A stretch of DNA of 64,000 bases from Arenimonas sp. Lineage in GTDB: Bacteria; Pseudomonadota; Gammaproteobacteria; Xanthomonadales; Xanthomonadaceae. The DNA lies in assembly GCF_041913985.1 (NCBI RefSeq), contig NZ_JAYSEG010000007.1, positions 23,670 through 87,669 of the forward strand, in the 5' to 3' direction. Positions 44,311 through 54,327 of the stretch are shown here, piece after piece. The stretch's first letter is position 1. Each line of letters begins with the position of its first letter. Under the pieces are notes generated by a model, which saw only the letters and a list, made by a program, of their open reading frames with translations, was not told the origin of the DNA and did no database searches. A program made the translations under genes and the position numbers.

Positions 44311-45639
44311 TCAGCGCGCCGCGGTGGCCTCGCGGCGACGCTCGCCGCCGCGGCCGCCGGTACCCTTCGGGCCGGCGTGCGCGTGGCGGTCATCGCCGCC
44401 GGCGTGCGGGCGACGACCCTGGCGCGGGTCGCCGTCGCGGCGCGGCGGGCGGTTGCCCGACGGGCGGCCGTTGGAGGCGTTGTCGTTGCCCATGCGGATG
44501 CCGCGGCTGGGCACGAAGCCTTCGACCTCGACCAGGGCGATGTCGGCCTTGAGCAGGCGCTGGATGGCGCGCAGCAGGCCGCCCTCGTCGGTGCCCACCA
44601 GCGACACGGCTTCGCCGCTGGCGCCGGCGCGGCCGGTGCGGCCGATGCGGTGCACGTAGTCCTCGGCCACCATCGGCAGGTCGAAGTTGATCACCAGCGG
44701 CAGCAGCGGGATGTCGAGGCCGCGGGCGGCGACGTCGGTGGCCACCAGCACGCGGGCCTGGCCCGACTTGAAGTCGCGCAGGGCCTTGAGGCGCTGCGAC
44801 TGGCTCTTGTTGCCGTGGATGGCGACGGCGTTGATGCCGGCCTTCTCGATCTGCTCGGCCAGGCGGTTGCAGCCGTGCTTGGTGCGGCCGAACACCAGGA
44901 TCTGGTCCTGGTAGCGCTTGCTCAGGATCTCGATCAGCAGGTCCTTCTTGCGCGACGCGTCCACCGGGTGCACCACGTGGGTGACGCTGGTGGCCACGGC
45001 GTTGCGCACGGTCACCTGGACCTCGCGCGGGTCGCGCAGGAACTCCATGGCGAGCTTCTTGATGGCGTCCTCGAAGGTGGCCGAGAACAGCATGGTCTGG
45101 CGCTGCGGCGGCACCTTGGCCAGCACGCGCTTGATCGCGGGCAGGAAGCCCATGTCGAGCATGCGGTCGGCTTCGTCGAGCACCAACGCCTCGACCGCCG
45201 ACAGGTCGGCGGTGCGCTGCTGCAGGTGGTCGATCAGGCGGCCCGGGCAGGCCACCAGGATGTCGACGCCGCGGCGCAGGGCTTCGACCTGCGGCTGCAT
45301 GCCGGCGCCGCCGTACACGGTGGCGACGCTCAGGCGCAGGTGCTTGCCGTAGGCGCGCAGGCTGTCGCTGACCTGCACGGCCAGTTCGCGGGTGGGCACC
45401 AGCACCAGCGCGCGCGGCTTGCGCGGGCCGCGCTGCGGGCCGGCCTGGGCCAGGCGGTGCAGCAGGGGCAGGGCGAAGGCGGCGGTCTTGCCGGTGCCGG
45501 TCTGGGCGCCGCCCATCAGGTCATGGCCGGCCAGGGCCAGCGGGATCGCCTCGGCCTGGATCGGGGTGGGAGTGGTGTAGCCGACGTCCGACAGCGCACG
45601 GACGAGCTCGGGCGCGAGCCCAAGGGACTGGAAAGACAT
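44311..45639 (-). CDS. rhlE: DEAD-box RNA helicase RhlE-like
   Basis: MSFQSLGL, AQTGTGKT, DEADRMLDMGF, HGNKSQSQR, EDYVHRIGRTGRAG, short RG-rich tail. Confidence 0.88.
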   Translation of the reverse strand: MSFQSLGLAPELVRALSDVGYTTPTPIQAEAIPLALAGHDLMGGAQTGTGKTAAFALPLLHRLAQAGPQRGPRKPRALVLVPTRELAVQVSDSLRAYGKHLRLSVATVYGGAGMQPQVEALRRGVDILVACPGRLIDHLQQRTADLSAVEALVLDEADRMLDMGFLPAIKRVLAKVPPQRQTMLFSATFEDAIKKLAMEFLRDPREVQVTVRNAVATSVTHVVHPVDASRKKDLLIEILSKRYQDQILVFGRTKHGCNRLAEQIEKAGINAVAIHGNKSQSQRLKALRDFKSGQARVLVATDVAARGLDIPLLPLVINFDLPMVAEDYVHRIGRTGRAGASGEAVSLVGTDEGGLLRAIQRLLKADIALVEVEGFVPSRGIRMGNDNASNGRPSGNRPPRRDGDPRQGRRPHAGGDDRHAHAGPKGTGGRGGERRREATAAR

Positions 45640-45925
45640 GAGTTTTGCTCCGTTGTGTAACCCGGAGCGTTCCCTGAAACCGCGCTGCGAGTAGTGCTTC
45701 AAGTTTTGACGCCAGGGCCGGATGGGCCTGGCGGGTTTGCGCAGCGAAAGGCGTGCGGAGTGGGGCCTGGCGCAGGACGGGAGCGGGGCTCGGGGCCTGG
45801 CGGCGGGGCATACCGGGGGAAAACGGTCAGCCGGTGCAGCAAACGCCGTGCACTCTACGCGAAATCCGCCCCGCCGGCCAGTTCGCGTGCAGGCGGCGTG
45901 AATATCGTGTTCAGGCTGGCGTACG

Positions 45926-46495
45926 ATGGCGGCCATGCGAATCACCTTCGAACTCGAGCCCGGCGACATCGAACGCTTCCACGAGGCCCTGGAGCGGGCC
46001 GACCGGCGCGTGGCCAGCGCCGACGAGTGCGACATCGTGGCCGCTGCCCGGCACAGCCTGGAGACCCTGCCCATCGACTGCGCGCCCGGCTACATCCGCC
46101 GGCGCATGCAGGAGGTGGCCCGGCTGGTGGACATGCTCGAGGACGAAGCCTGGGCCCTGCCGCAGGTCGAGCGCGCCGAGGTGCTCAAGCTGCTGGCCTA
46201 CTTCAGCGACCCCGAGGACCTGATCCCCGACGACGTGGCGGTGATAGGCCTGCTCGACGACGCCATCATGCTCGAGCTGCTGCTGCGCCAGATCCGCCAC
46301 GTGGTGGCGGCCTATGCCGAGTTCTGCACCGCCCGCGGCGCCCAGCCCGACGCCGGCGGCGGCGACGAACGCATCGCCCTGGCCCGGGCCCTGGCCCGCA
46401 CCCGCGAGCGCCTGCACGCGCGCATGCGCCGGCGCCGGGTGCGCGAGGCCATGGTCGCCGCCGCGGCCAAGGCGGCCACCGCGCCGGCCGGATGA
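45926..46495 (+). CDS. YkvA/DUF1232 family protein
   Basis: LAYFSDPEDLIPD....IGLLDDA. Confidence 0.85.
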   Translation: MAAMRITFELEPGDIERFHEALERADRRVASADECDIVAAARHSLETLPIDCAPGYIRRRMQEVARLVDMLEDEAWALPQVERAEVLKLLAYFSDPEDLIPDDVAVIGLLDDAIMLELLLRQIRHVVAAYAEFCTARGAQPDAGGGDERIALARALARTRERLHARMRRRRVREAMVAAAAKAATAPAG

Positions 46496-46875
46496 GCCCG
46501 CTCGTCCACGTCCGCCGCTGGATGTGGCTGCTGCTGGCCTACGCCGCGCTGGCGCTGGGCATCATCGGCATCTTCGTGCCCGGCCTGCCCACCACGCCCT
46601 TCGTGCTGCTCTCGGCCTTCGCCGCCGCGCGCGGCTCCCGGCACCTGCATGACTGGCTGCTGGCGCACCGCGTCTACGGCCCGATGATCCGCGACTGGCA
46701 GGCCACCGGTTCGGTGAACCGGCGCGCCAAGCAGTGGGCCATCGGCACCATGGCCGCCAGCAGCCTGCTGATGTTCGCCACCGCGCCGAAATGGTGGATG
46801 GCCGCCACCGGCACCGCCATCATGGCGGTGGTGGGCACCTGGCTGTGGCTGCGGCCGGAGCCGCCGGCGAACTAG
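46492..46875 (+). CDS. YbaN (DUF454) family membrane protein
   Basis: LGIIGIFVPGLPTTPFVLL, RGS..LHDWL, GP.I.DW. Confidence 0.88.
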   Translation: MSPLVHVRRWMWLLLAYAALALGIIGIFVPGLPTTPFVLLSAFAAARGSRHLHDWLLAHRVYGPMIRDWQATGSVNRRAKQWAIGTMAASSLLMFATAPKWWMAATGTAIMAVVGTWLWLRPEPPAN

Positions 46876-47447
46876 TCGAGCACGCGGCGGGCGCCGGCGT
46901 AGTGCCGGCCCCAGTAGGGCCCGTCCAGGCGGTCCAGGCGCACGGTGCCGCCGGTGCTGGGCGCGTGCACGAAGCGGCCTTCGCCGACGTAGATGCCCAC
47001 GTGGAAGATGGCGCCGCGGTCGCCGAACAGCACCAGGTCGCCCGGCGCCAGCCGGTCGCGCGGCGGCGTCCGGGCTTCCACCTTCGCGATCTCGCGGGTG
47101 GTGCGCGGCAGGTAGACCTTCGCCGCGTCGAGGAACACGTAGCCCACCAGGCCGCTGCAGTCGAAGCCGCCGTCGGGCGTGTTGCCGCCCCAGCGGTAGG
47201 GCGTGCCCACCAGGCCGAGCGCGCGCATGAGCACGTCGTTGGCGCGCAGCGGGTCGGCGGGCGCCACGTCCACCACCTGCAGCGCGCGCGGCGCGGCGGC
47301 CTGTGCGGCGGGGCGTTCGGGGCTTGAGGAGCACCCTGCCAGCAGGGCCAGCAGCAGGGGGAGTGCGAACCGGCCCCGGGGAACTGGCGCCGGGCGGGAG
47401 GGGCCGGGATAATGCGCTTTCGCTGTCACGGGCCGAGTGTGCCCCAT
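46872..47447 (-). CDS. NlpC/P60 (C40) peptidase lipoprotein; start uncertain
   Basis: LAGC lipobox, GTPYRWGG, FDCSGL, HVGIY, FVHAP. Confidence 0.9.
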   Translation of the reverse strand: MGHTRPVTAKAHYPGPSRPAPVPRGRFALPLLLALLAGCSSSPERPAAQAAAPRALQVVDVAPADPLRANDVLMRALGLVGTPYRWGGNTPDGGFDCSGLVGYVFLDAAKVYLPRTTREIAKVEARTPPRDRLAPGDLVLFGDRGAIFHVGIYVGEGRFVHAPSTGGTVRLDRLDGPYWGRHYAGARRVLD

Positions 47448-47485
47448 CCCGCCGGTCGCGTCACCGGCCCCTCCACGGAATCCCC

Positions 47486-47965
47486 ATGAAGATCGAGAAG
47501 AACCACGTCGTCCGTTTCCACTACACCGTCTCCGAGCCGGGCCAGCCGGCCATCGAGACCTCGAAGGACCGCGAGCCGCTGGCCATCCTGGTCGGCCACG
47601 GCAACATCATCCCGGGCCTCGAGGCCGCGATGATGGACAAATCCGAGGGCGACAGCTTCGAAGTGACCGTCGGCCCGGAAGAGGCCTACGGCGAGCGCCG
47701 CGAGGGCTTCGTGCAGCGCGTGCCCAAGAAGCACATCCGCGAAACCCGCCTCAAGCCGGGCCAGCAGGTCATCATCAACACCTCGATGGGCCCGCGCGCG
47801 GTCACCGTCATGAAGGTGGGCGCCACCGTGGTGGACGTGGACCTGAACCACCCCATGGCCGGCAAGACCCTGCAGTTCCAGGTGGAAGTGGTGGGCGTGC
47901 GCGCGGCCGAGCCGGTCGAGATCGAGCATGGCCACGTGCACGGCGACGGCGGCGTGCAGCACTGA
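47486..47965 (+). CDS. slyD: FKBP-type PPIase SlyD (short His tail)
   Basis: IIPGLE, PEEAYG, VDLNHPMAGKTL.F.VEV, HGHVHG. Confidence 0.9.
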   Translation: MKIEKNHVVRFHYTVSEPGQPAIETSKDREPLAILVGHGNIIPGLEAAMMDKSEGDSFEVTVGPEEAYGERREGFVQRVPKKHIRETRLKPGQQVIINTSMGPRAVTVMKVGATVVDVDLNHPMAGKTLQFQVEVVGVRAAEPVEIEHGHVHGDGGVQH

Positions 47966-48004
47966 ATTAGGTAAAGTGGCGCCGGGGCGGGGAGGCCCCG
48001 GGCC

Positions 48005-49255
48005 ATGAACGAACCCGCTTCGCTGGCGCCGGTCACCGGCGTCGAACGCATCCAGGCCCTGGACGTCGTCCGGGGCTTCGCCCTGCTGGGCATCCTGCTG
48101 ATGAACATCGAGGGCATGGCCGGGCCGCTGATGGCCTCCATGACCGGCCTCGACCCGCAGCTCACCGGCGCCGACCGCTGGGTGGACGGCGCCATCTACC
48201 TGCTGGTGCAGGGCAAGTTCTTCCCGCTGTTCTCGCTGCTGTTCGGCATGGGCTTCACCGTCATGCTGATGCGCGCCGAGGCGGCGCAACGGCCGTTCTT
48301 CGGCCTGTACCTGCGCCGCGTGCTGGCGCTGCTGGCCATCGGCCTGGCGCATGCGCTGCTGGTGTGGTCGGGTGACATCCTGGTCACCTACGCGCTGATG
48401 GGTTTCCTGCTCCTGCTGTTCTTTCGGCGCACGCCGCAGTCGCGGCTGCCGAAGTGGGGCGTGGCGCTGATGCTGGTTCCGACCGTGCTGACGCTGTCGT
48501 TCGGCCTGCTCGGCAGCGCCATGCAGGCGATGCCGGAAGAGGCGCGCGCCAGCTTCGACCAGGCCATGGCCCAGCAGGCCGTGCAAATGGCGGCGGAAAT
48601 CGACTCGCAGCGCCAGGCCTACGGCAGCGGCAGCTTCGCCGAGGCCACCGTGCAGCGCCTGCACGACTTCACCAGCATGATCGGCTTCATCCTCATCTAT
48701 GGCGCCTTCATCCTGGGCCTGTTCCTGGTGGGCGCCTGGTTCGCGCGCAGCGGCGCCATCGCGCGCCCCGGCGAATTCGAACGGGTGCACTGGCGGCTGC
48801 GCTGGGTGGCGCTGCCGGTGGGCATAGCCATGGTGCTGGTGTCGTTCTGGCTCGAGCCGACGCTGGACTTCGGGCGCCTCGACCTGCGTGCCTCCACGGC
48901 CCAGGTGCTGCAGATGCTGGGTGGCGCGGTGATGGCCCTGGGCTACCTGGGCTGGGTGGTGCGCGGGCTGGGCTGCCCCGCCGTGGCGGGCTGGCTGAAT
49001 CTGCTGGCGCCGGCCGGGCGGATGGCGCTCACCAACTACCTGATGCAGTCGCTGGTGATGACCACGGTGTTCTTCGGTTACGGCCTGGGCTGCTTCGACC
49101 AGCTGCCGCGCGCCTGGCAGCCGCTGCTGGTGCTGGGCTTCTTCGCCGTGCAGGTGGCGCTGAGCCACTGGTGGCTGGCGCGCTTCCGCTTCGGCCCGGC
49201 CGAATGGCTCTGGCGCGCGGCCACCTACGGCAGCCTGCCGCCGATGCGGCGCTGA
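48005..49255 (+). CDS. DUF418 (YeiB-like) membrane protein
   Basis: RIQALDVVRGFALLGI, KFFPLFSLLFG, GRMALTNYLMQS, GPAEWLWR. Confidence 0.9.
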   Translation: MNEPASLAPVTGVERIQALDVVRGFALLGILLMNIEGMAGPLMASMTGLDPQLTGADRWVDGAIYLLVQGKFFPLFSLLFGMGFTVMLMRAEAAQRPFFGLYLRRVLALLAIGLAHALLVWSGDILVTYALMGFLLLLFFRRTPQSRLPKWGVALMLVPTVLTLSFGLLGSAMQAMPEEARASFDQAMAQQAVQMAAEIDSQRQAYGSGSFAEATVQRLHDFTSMIGFILIYGAFILGLFLVGAWFARSGAIARPGEFERVHWRLRWVALPVGIAMVLVSFWLEPTLDFGRLDLRASTAQVLQMLGGAVMALGYLGWVVRGLGCPAVAGWLNLLAPAGRMALTNYLMQSLVMTTVFFGYGLGCFDQLPRAWQPLLVLGFFAVQVALSHWWLARFRFGPAEWLWRAATYGSLPPMRR

Positions 49256-49293
49256 GCCGCGCCGCCCGCGCGGCCGCCGGGTAGAATCGCCGC

Positions 49294-50547
49294 ATGAGCC
49301 AAGATGCGGATGTGCTGGTCCTCGGCGGTGGCGTGATCGGCCTCGCCTGCGCCCATTACCTGCTGGCCGAGGGGCGCTCGGTGCGCGTGCTCGAGGCCGG
49401 GCGCGTCGGCGCCGCCACCTCCTGGGGCAACTGCGGCACGCTCACGCCCAGCCACGCCGCGCCGCTGGCGGCGCCGGGCATGGTGGGGCAGGCGCTGCGC
49501 TGGATGCTCAGCCCCTCGGCGCCGCTGTACGTGAAGCCGCGCTGGGACCCGGCGCTGATGCGCTGGCTGGCGAAGGTGGCCGGCCGCTGCAACCGCCGCG
49601 ACTGGCGCGAGAGCGGCCTGGCCAAGGGCGCGCTGCTGAAGTATTCGCGGGCGCTCATCGAAGACCTCGTCTACGGCCAGGACCTGGACTGCGGCTTCGA
49701 GGCCGGCGGCCTGCACTACGTGTTCCGCACCGAACGCGCGCTGGAGAAGCAGCGCCGCGACCTGCCCCTGCTCGAAGAGCTCGGCATCCCCGCCCGCGTG
49801 CTCGATGGCGCCGCGCTGGCCGCCGACGAACCGGCGCTGCGGCCGGGTCTGGCCGGCTCGGTGTTCTTCCCGGGCGACGCCCAGCTGCGGCCCGACCGCT
49901 ACACCGCCGAGCTGGCCCGCGTGGTGCGCGCCGACGGCGGCGTGATCGAGGAGGGTGTGCGCGTCACCGGGCTCGAGCGTGGCCGCAACGGCATCGAGGC
50001 GGTGCACACCAGCGAAGGCCGCCGCACCGGCGGGCGCGTGGTGATGGCGCTGGGCGCCTGGTCCACCGAATTCGCGCAGATGCTGCGCCTGCAGATCCCC
50101 ATCCAGCCGGGCAAGGGGTATTCGATCACCTACGACCGCCCGGCCGCGCCGCCGCGCCGGCCGCTGGTGCTCAAGGAGCGCAGCGTCTGCGTCACCACCT
50201 GGGGCGACGGCTACCGGCTGGGCAGCACCATGGAATTCAGCGGCTACGACGACAGCCTCAACCGCGCGCGCCTGGACGCGCTCGAGCGCGGCGCCGGCGA
50301 ATACCTGCTCGAACCGGTGGGTCCGGCCAAGCGCGAGGAGTGGTGCGGCTGGCGGCCCATGACCTGGGACGACCTGCCGCTGCTGGGCCGCGCGCCCGGC
50401 TTCAACAACCTGTTCCTGGCCACCGGCCACGGCATGATGGGCATGGGCATGAGCGCCGGCACCGGCCGCCTGCTGGCCGACCTGGTCACCGGCCGCGCGC
50501 CGGCGATCGACCCGGCGCCGTACGCGCCCGCCCGCTTCGCCGGCTAG
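49294..50547 (+). CDS. FAD-dependent oxidoreductase, D-amino acid dehydrogenase (DadA)-like
   Basis: LGGGVIG, TSWGNCG, PGKGYS, GWRP, ATGHG. Confidence 0.85.
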   Translation: MSQDADVLVLGGGVIGLACAHYLLAEGRSVRVLEAGRVGAATSWGNCGTLTPSHAAPLAAPGMVGQALRWMLSPSAPLYVKPRWDPALMRWLAKVAGRCNRRDWRESGLAKGALLKYSRALIEDLVYGQDLDCGFEAGGLHYVFRTERALEKQRRDLPLLEELGIPARVLDGAALAADEPALRPGLAGSVFFPGDAQLRPDRYTAELARVVRADGGVIEEGVRVTGLERGRNGIEAVHTSEGRRTGGRVVMALGAWSTEFAQMLRLQIPIQPGKGYSITYDRPAAPPRRPLVLKERSVCVTTWGDGYRLGSTMEFSGYDDSLNRARLDALERGAGEYLLEPVGPAKREEWCGWRPMTWDDLPLLGRAPGFNNLFLATGHGMMGMGMSAGTGRLLADLVTGRAPAIDPAPYAPARFAG

Positions 50548-50556
50548 ACTCGGGGC

Positions 50557-51336
50557 ATGGACGACGTCTACACGCTGCACCGCGGTTCGCTGCCGCTGCT
50601 CATCAGTCTGCCGCACGACGGCATCGCGCTGCCCGAGGACATCGCCGTCCGCGTCACCGACGCCGCCCGCGGCGTGCCCGACACCGACTGGTTCGTCAGC
50701 CGCCTGTACGACTTCGCGCGCGGCCTGGGCGCCTCGGTGCTGGTGCCGCAGTACTCGCGCTACGTGGTGGACCTCAACCGCCCGCCCGACGACGTGTCGC
50801 TGTACCCGGGCCAGAACACCACCGGCCTGTGCCCCGCGGTGCGCTTCAGCGGCGACCCGGTGTACCTCGAGGGCCAGGCGCCCGGCCCGGACGAAGTGGC
50901 GGCGCGCGTGCAGCGCTACTGGCGCCCCTACCACGACGCGCTGGCCGGCGAACTCGCGCGCCTGAAGCAGGCGCATGGCCGCGCCGTGCTGTGGGAAGGC
51001 CACTCCATCCGCAGCGTGGTGCCCTTCCTGTTCGAGGGCCGGCTGCCCGACCTCAACCTCGGCACCGCCGGCGGCGCCAGCTGCACACCGGCCACGCAGG
51101 CGCGGCTGGAGGCGGTGCTGGCGGGGCAGGGCGATTACACCCACGTGTGCAACGGCCGCTTCAAGGGCGGCTACATCACGCGCCACTACGGCCAGCCGGC
51201 GACGGGCGTGGAGGCGATCCAGCTCGAGCTGGCGCAGTCCACCTACATGGACGAAGCGACGGGGCGTTACGACCGCGAGCGCGCGGGCAGGCTGCAGGGC
51301 TTGCTGGAAGCGCTGCTGCGCGCCGCGCTGGGCTGA
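50557..51336 (+). CDS. hutG: N-formylglutamate deformylase
   Basis: ISLPHDG, DTDW, SRYVVDLNR, YWRPYH, HSIRS, NGRFKGGYITRHYG, QLEL. Confidence 0.92.
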   Translation: MDDVYTLHRGSLPLLISLPHDGIALPEDIAVRVTDAARGVPDTDWFVSRLYDFARGLGASVLVPQYSRYVVDLNRPPDDVSLYPGQNTTGLCPAVRFSGDPVYLEGQAPGPDEVAARVQRYWRPYHDALAGELARLKQAHGRAVLWEGHSIRSVVPFLFEGRLPDLNLGTAGGASCTPATQARLEAVLAGQGDYTHVCNGRFKGGYITRHYGQPATGVEAIQLELAQSTYMDEATGRYDRERAGRLQGLLEALLRAALG

Positions 51337-51557
51337 GCCGCGGGGACGAGCGCCGGGTGCCTGAGCACCCGGGCGGCGCGGGCGGCGGCCGGCTCGCCGC
51401 AGGCTTCGGGCAGCACGGGGGCCGGTTTGGCGGCCGGCGCCGGCGAGTTCGCGGCGCGGCCCTCGCTGGCCTGAAGGCCCACCGCGAGCGCGGCCGCCAC
51501 CACCAGGCCGGCCAGGCGCAGGACGATGCCCTTGGGGTGCGGGATGCGCGGCTTCAT
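51267..51557 (-). CDS. Small hypothetical exported, Ala/Pro-rich protein
   Basis: ATGA-coupled to the upstream usher-like gene; basic N-terminus + hydrophobic stretch; the 3' end overlaps hutG by 70 bp, which lowers confidence. Confidence 0.45.
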   Translation of the reverse strand: MKPRIPHPKGIVLRLAGLVVAAALAVGLQASEGRAANSPAPAAKPAPVLPEACGEPAAARAARVLRHPALVPAAQPSAARSSASSKPCSLPARSRS

Positions 51558-53545
51558 CGCTGGCGCCTCGCGCCGATGTCCACGCGCGCCGCGTCGCGCA
51601 CCTGCACCTCGACCGCACGGCGGTCGCCCTGTTCGTCGAGGAACCAGGGCAGGGGCAGGTTGTCGGGCACCACTTCGATGGTGTGCGCACCCACCGCGAC
51701 GCGCGGGAATTCGAAATTGCCCTGGCTGTCGGTTCGCACCGAGTAGCGGCCGTCGAGCAGCACGGTGACGTTGCTCGCGGGCAACTCGGAGGCGGCGCGC
51801 TCGCCGTCGCCGTTCTCGTCCAGGAAGACGCTGCCCGTGATGCTGCCGAAGGCCGAACCCGGCGCGCCGCCGAGCACGCCGGCGCTGGTGCCGGCTTCGC
51901 GCTCGTAGCGCAGGCTCAGGAAGATGGCGCGGTCGCGCGGCAGCGCCACGAAGGGCTGTTCGGTGGCGAGCGGGTCGATGATGAAGGGCGAGCGGCGCGT
52001 GCCCTGGTTCTCGTACACCGTGGCCACCAGCCACCAGCGGTTGGCGACGCGCCAGGCCAGGTTGAGGTTGAGGTCGGTGCCGCGGAATTCGTCGCCGCCG
52101 CTGCTGCGGTTCCAGCGCGCGGTGCCGTCGATGGTGAGGCGGCTGCCGATGTCGAAGCCGCCATAGGCCGACAGGGTGGCGACGCCGGTGGCGGGCAGGC
52201 CGTCGTAGGCGAGCTCGCCATAGGCCGCGCTGAGCGACAGGCGCTGGCCGCGGCGCATGGGCAGGGCCTGGTCGAGCGTGACGCGCCAGCTGTCGTCGCC
52301 CTGGTCGGCGCCGCGGCTGCTGGTGTGCTCGAACTGCAGCCGGCTCGTGCCCCAGCGGCTGCCGCGGTCCATGAACCATTGGCCCGACAAGGTTTCGGCG
52401 GAGCCCGAGCGGCGCACGGCCAGGTTGCCGCCGTAGCCGGTGGTCGCCGTGGCCTGGTAGCGCGCGTAGCCGGTGCCGTACCAGCCGTCGAAGCTGTTGC
52501 CCGAAATGCTGGTGATGCGGTCGATGCCCGCGCTCCAGTTCCAGCGCGCGTGCTGGTAGGCGGCGCGGTAGTAGGCGCCGCGGCTGTCGTTGGCGATGGG
52601 CTGGGCGCCCCAGGCCAGGGCCGGCTCGAGGTTGAACACGCCGTAGCGGTGGGTAATCCGGCCCTGCTGCAGGCGGCCGTCGGCCCAGGCGCCCCAGGCG
52701 CCGCCGAGGTCGCCGTCGCTGGACTGCAGGTTGAAGTTCAGGGCGTGCTTGCCCGCCTCCCAGCCGGTGGCGAAGTGCACGGCCTCGGTGCGGGCGTCCT
52801 GGTAAAGCGTGCCACCCAGGTCGTCGGGGAGCAGGCGGCCGTCGGTGGCCAGCGCCGACACCGCGCCCCGCCAGTGCCGCGACCACTTCCACTGCGCGCC
52901 CAGTGCGCCGACATTGCCGTCGGCCAGGTCGAAACCGACCACGCGCGCGCCTTCGAACACGCCGGCGCGACCCAGCGCCGCCTGCAGCTGCAGCCCGCGC
53001 TCGGACTGCCGCCACTCGGTGCTGGCGCCGGCGAAGGGCACGCTGGGCAGGAAGAAGCGGAACTGCTCGCGCGCCAGGTCCGGCGACGGCGTGTTGAGCA
53101 CGCCCAGGCCGTTGTTGCCGCGCCAGCCGCCGCCCATGAACAGCCCGCGCTGCCAGAGCGTGGCGATGCCGCCGATGGCGCCTTCGCCCCCGGTGTTGCG
53201 GTTGGAGTGGATCAGGGATGCGTCGAGCGAGAGGTTTCCGTAGGCCTCGGTTTCCCGGAAGCCGCTGAAGCTGAGGCCGCCCTCGTTGAAGGTCTCGTCA
53301 CCGCGTTCGGTGCGGCTGAGCAGGGCCTCGAGCCGGAAGGAGCGCGGCAGGCCGGTGGCGTCGAAACCCTCGCTCTCGTCGGGCGGCAGCGGCGCCAGCT
53401 GGTCGGGCGCGATCACCTGGTCCTGCCAGGCCTCTTCTTCCTCGCCCGTCACCGGATCCTGCGCGGCCAGCGCCAGGGACGGGGCGAACAGCAGCGCCGC
53501 GGCGATGCTGGCGGCCAGTCGCCGGTGGGGAGGCGCGCCCGCCAC
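51554..53545 (-). CDS. Usher-like outer-membrane beta-barrel protein with a C-terminal SdrD-B/CnaB-like domain
   Basis: GTG start, signal peptide ending ALA; many alternating aromatic/polar strands; C-terminal GSITGSVFLDENGDGER...VTVLLDG..VRTDSQGNFEF. Confidence 0.65.
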   Translation of the reverse strand: MAGAPPHRRLAASIAAALLFAPSLALAAQDPVTGEEEEAWQDQVIAPDQLAPLPPDESEGFDATGLPRSFRLEALLSRTERGDETFNEGGLSFSGFRETEAYGNLSLDASLIHSNRNTGGEGAIGGIATLWQRGLFMGGGWRGNNGLGVLNTPSPDLAREQFRFFLPSVPFAGASTEWRQSERGLQLQAALGRAGVFEGARVVGFDLADGNVGALGAQWKWSRHWRGAVSALATDGRLLPDDLGGTLYQDARTEAVHFATGWEAGKHALNFNLQSSDGDLGGAWGAWADGRLQQGRITHRYGVFNLEPALAWGAQPIANDSRGAYYRAAYQHARWNWSAGIDRITSISGNSFDGWYGTGYARYQATATTGYGGNLAVRRSGSAETLSGQWFMDRGSRWGTSRLQFEHTSSRGADQGDDSWRVTLDQALPMRRGQRLSLSAAYGELAYDGLPATGVATLSAYGGFDIGSRLTIDGTARWNRSSGGDEFRGTDLNLNLAWRVANRWWLVATVYENQGTRRSPFIIDPLATEQPFVALPRDRAIFLSLRYEREAGTSAGVLGGAPGSAFGSITGSVFLDENGDGERAASELPASNVTVLLDGRYSVRTDSQGNFEFPRVAVGAHTIEVVPDNLPLPWFLDEQGDRRAVEVQVRDAARVDIGARRQR

Positions 53546-53547
53546 GG

Positions 53548-54327
53548 TCAGCGCCCCGCCGCGAGGTCGATGTCGAGGCGCTCGGTGCGCCAGTCGAGGC
53601 GGCCCTTGAGCTGGACCGGGAAGGAAATGCGGACCGGCTCGCCTTCGTTGACGATGGGATAGAGCGCGATCTCGCGCTCCAGCCCGGGCATGATGGGCGC
53701 GCTGGTGGGGGCCAGCGTCCAGCGCTTGCCCTCGGCGTCGACGCCGTCGACGAAGCCGTCGAGGCGGCCGTGGGCGTTGCCCTCGTTGCGCACCCGCAGG
53801 TACGGCACGTCCACTCCGTTGAGTTCGGTGACCCCGCTGCCGGCCAGCCGCAGGCGCGCGGCGCCCTTGCCGATGTCGAGGTAGACGATGATGCCGATGC
53901 GGCCCGCCACCGGCAGCACCATGCCCGGCACCGGCGTCGGCTCGCCCTCGAACATGATGGCGAAGCGGCACTGGCCGTCGGGGGCATCCGCGGGCACCCG
54001 CACTTCGAAGCGGAAGCGGCGCCGGCCGTTGGGCGGGACTTCGATCTCGGTCGCTTCGAGCGCGGTCCAGGGGCGGCAGCTGCCGGGCGCGAGCGCGGAG
54101 GAGAACTGCGCCGTGCCCTTCTCGTCCAGCACCCAGTCGGCCGTGCTCACCTTCATGCGCGAGGCCACCGGCGAGATGTTCGAGACTTCGATGACGTCGC
54201 GGAAGACGCCACCCGGCTGCGCCCGTTCCTCGAAGCGCGGCGGCATGATCTGGGCGGAGAAGCCCTGCGCGAGCGCGGGCGCCGGGGCGAGCAGGAAGAG
54301 GGCGAGAAGCCACGCCGACAGCCGCAT
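53548..54327 (-). CDS. Putative periplasmic pilus chaperone (PapD-like two-domain Ig fold)
   Basis: Signal peptide ALA-Q; IMPPRFE, IEVSN, ADW, VRVPADA, second domain LRVRNEGNAHGRLDG. Confidence 0.68.
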   Translation of the reverse strand: MRLSAWLLALFLLAPAPALAQGFSAQIMPPRFEERAQPGGVFRDVIEVSNISPVASRMKVSTADWVLDEKGTAQFSSALAPGSCRPWTALEATEIEVPPNGRRRFRFEVRVPADAPDGQCRFAIMFEGEPTPVPGMVLPVAGRIGIIVYLDIGKGAARLRLAGSGVTELNGVDVPYLRVRNEGNAHGRLDGFVDGVDAEGKRWTLAPTSAPIMPGLEREIALYPIVNEGEPVRISFPVQLKGRLDWRTERLDIDLAAGR

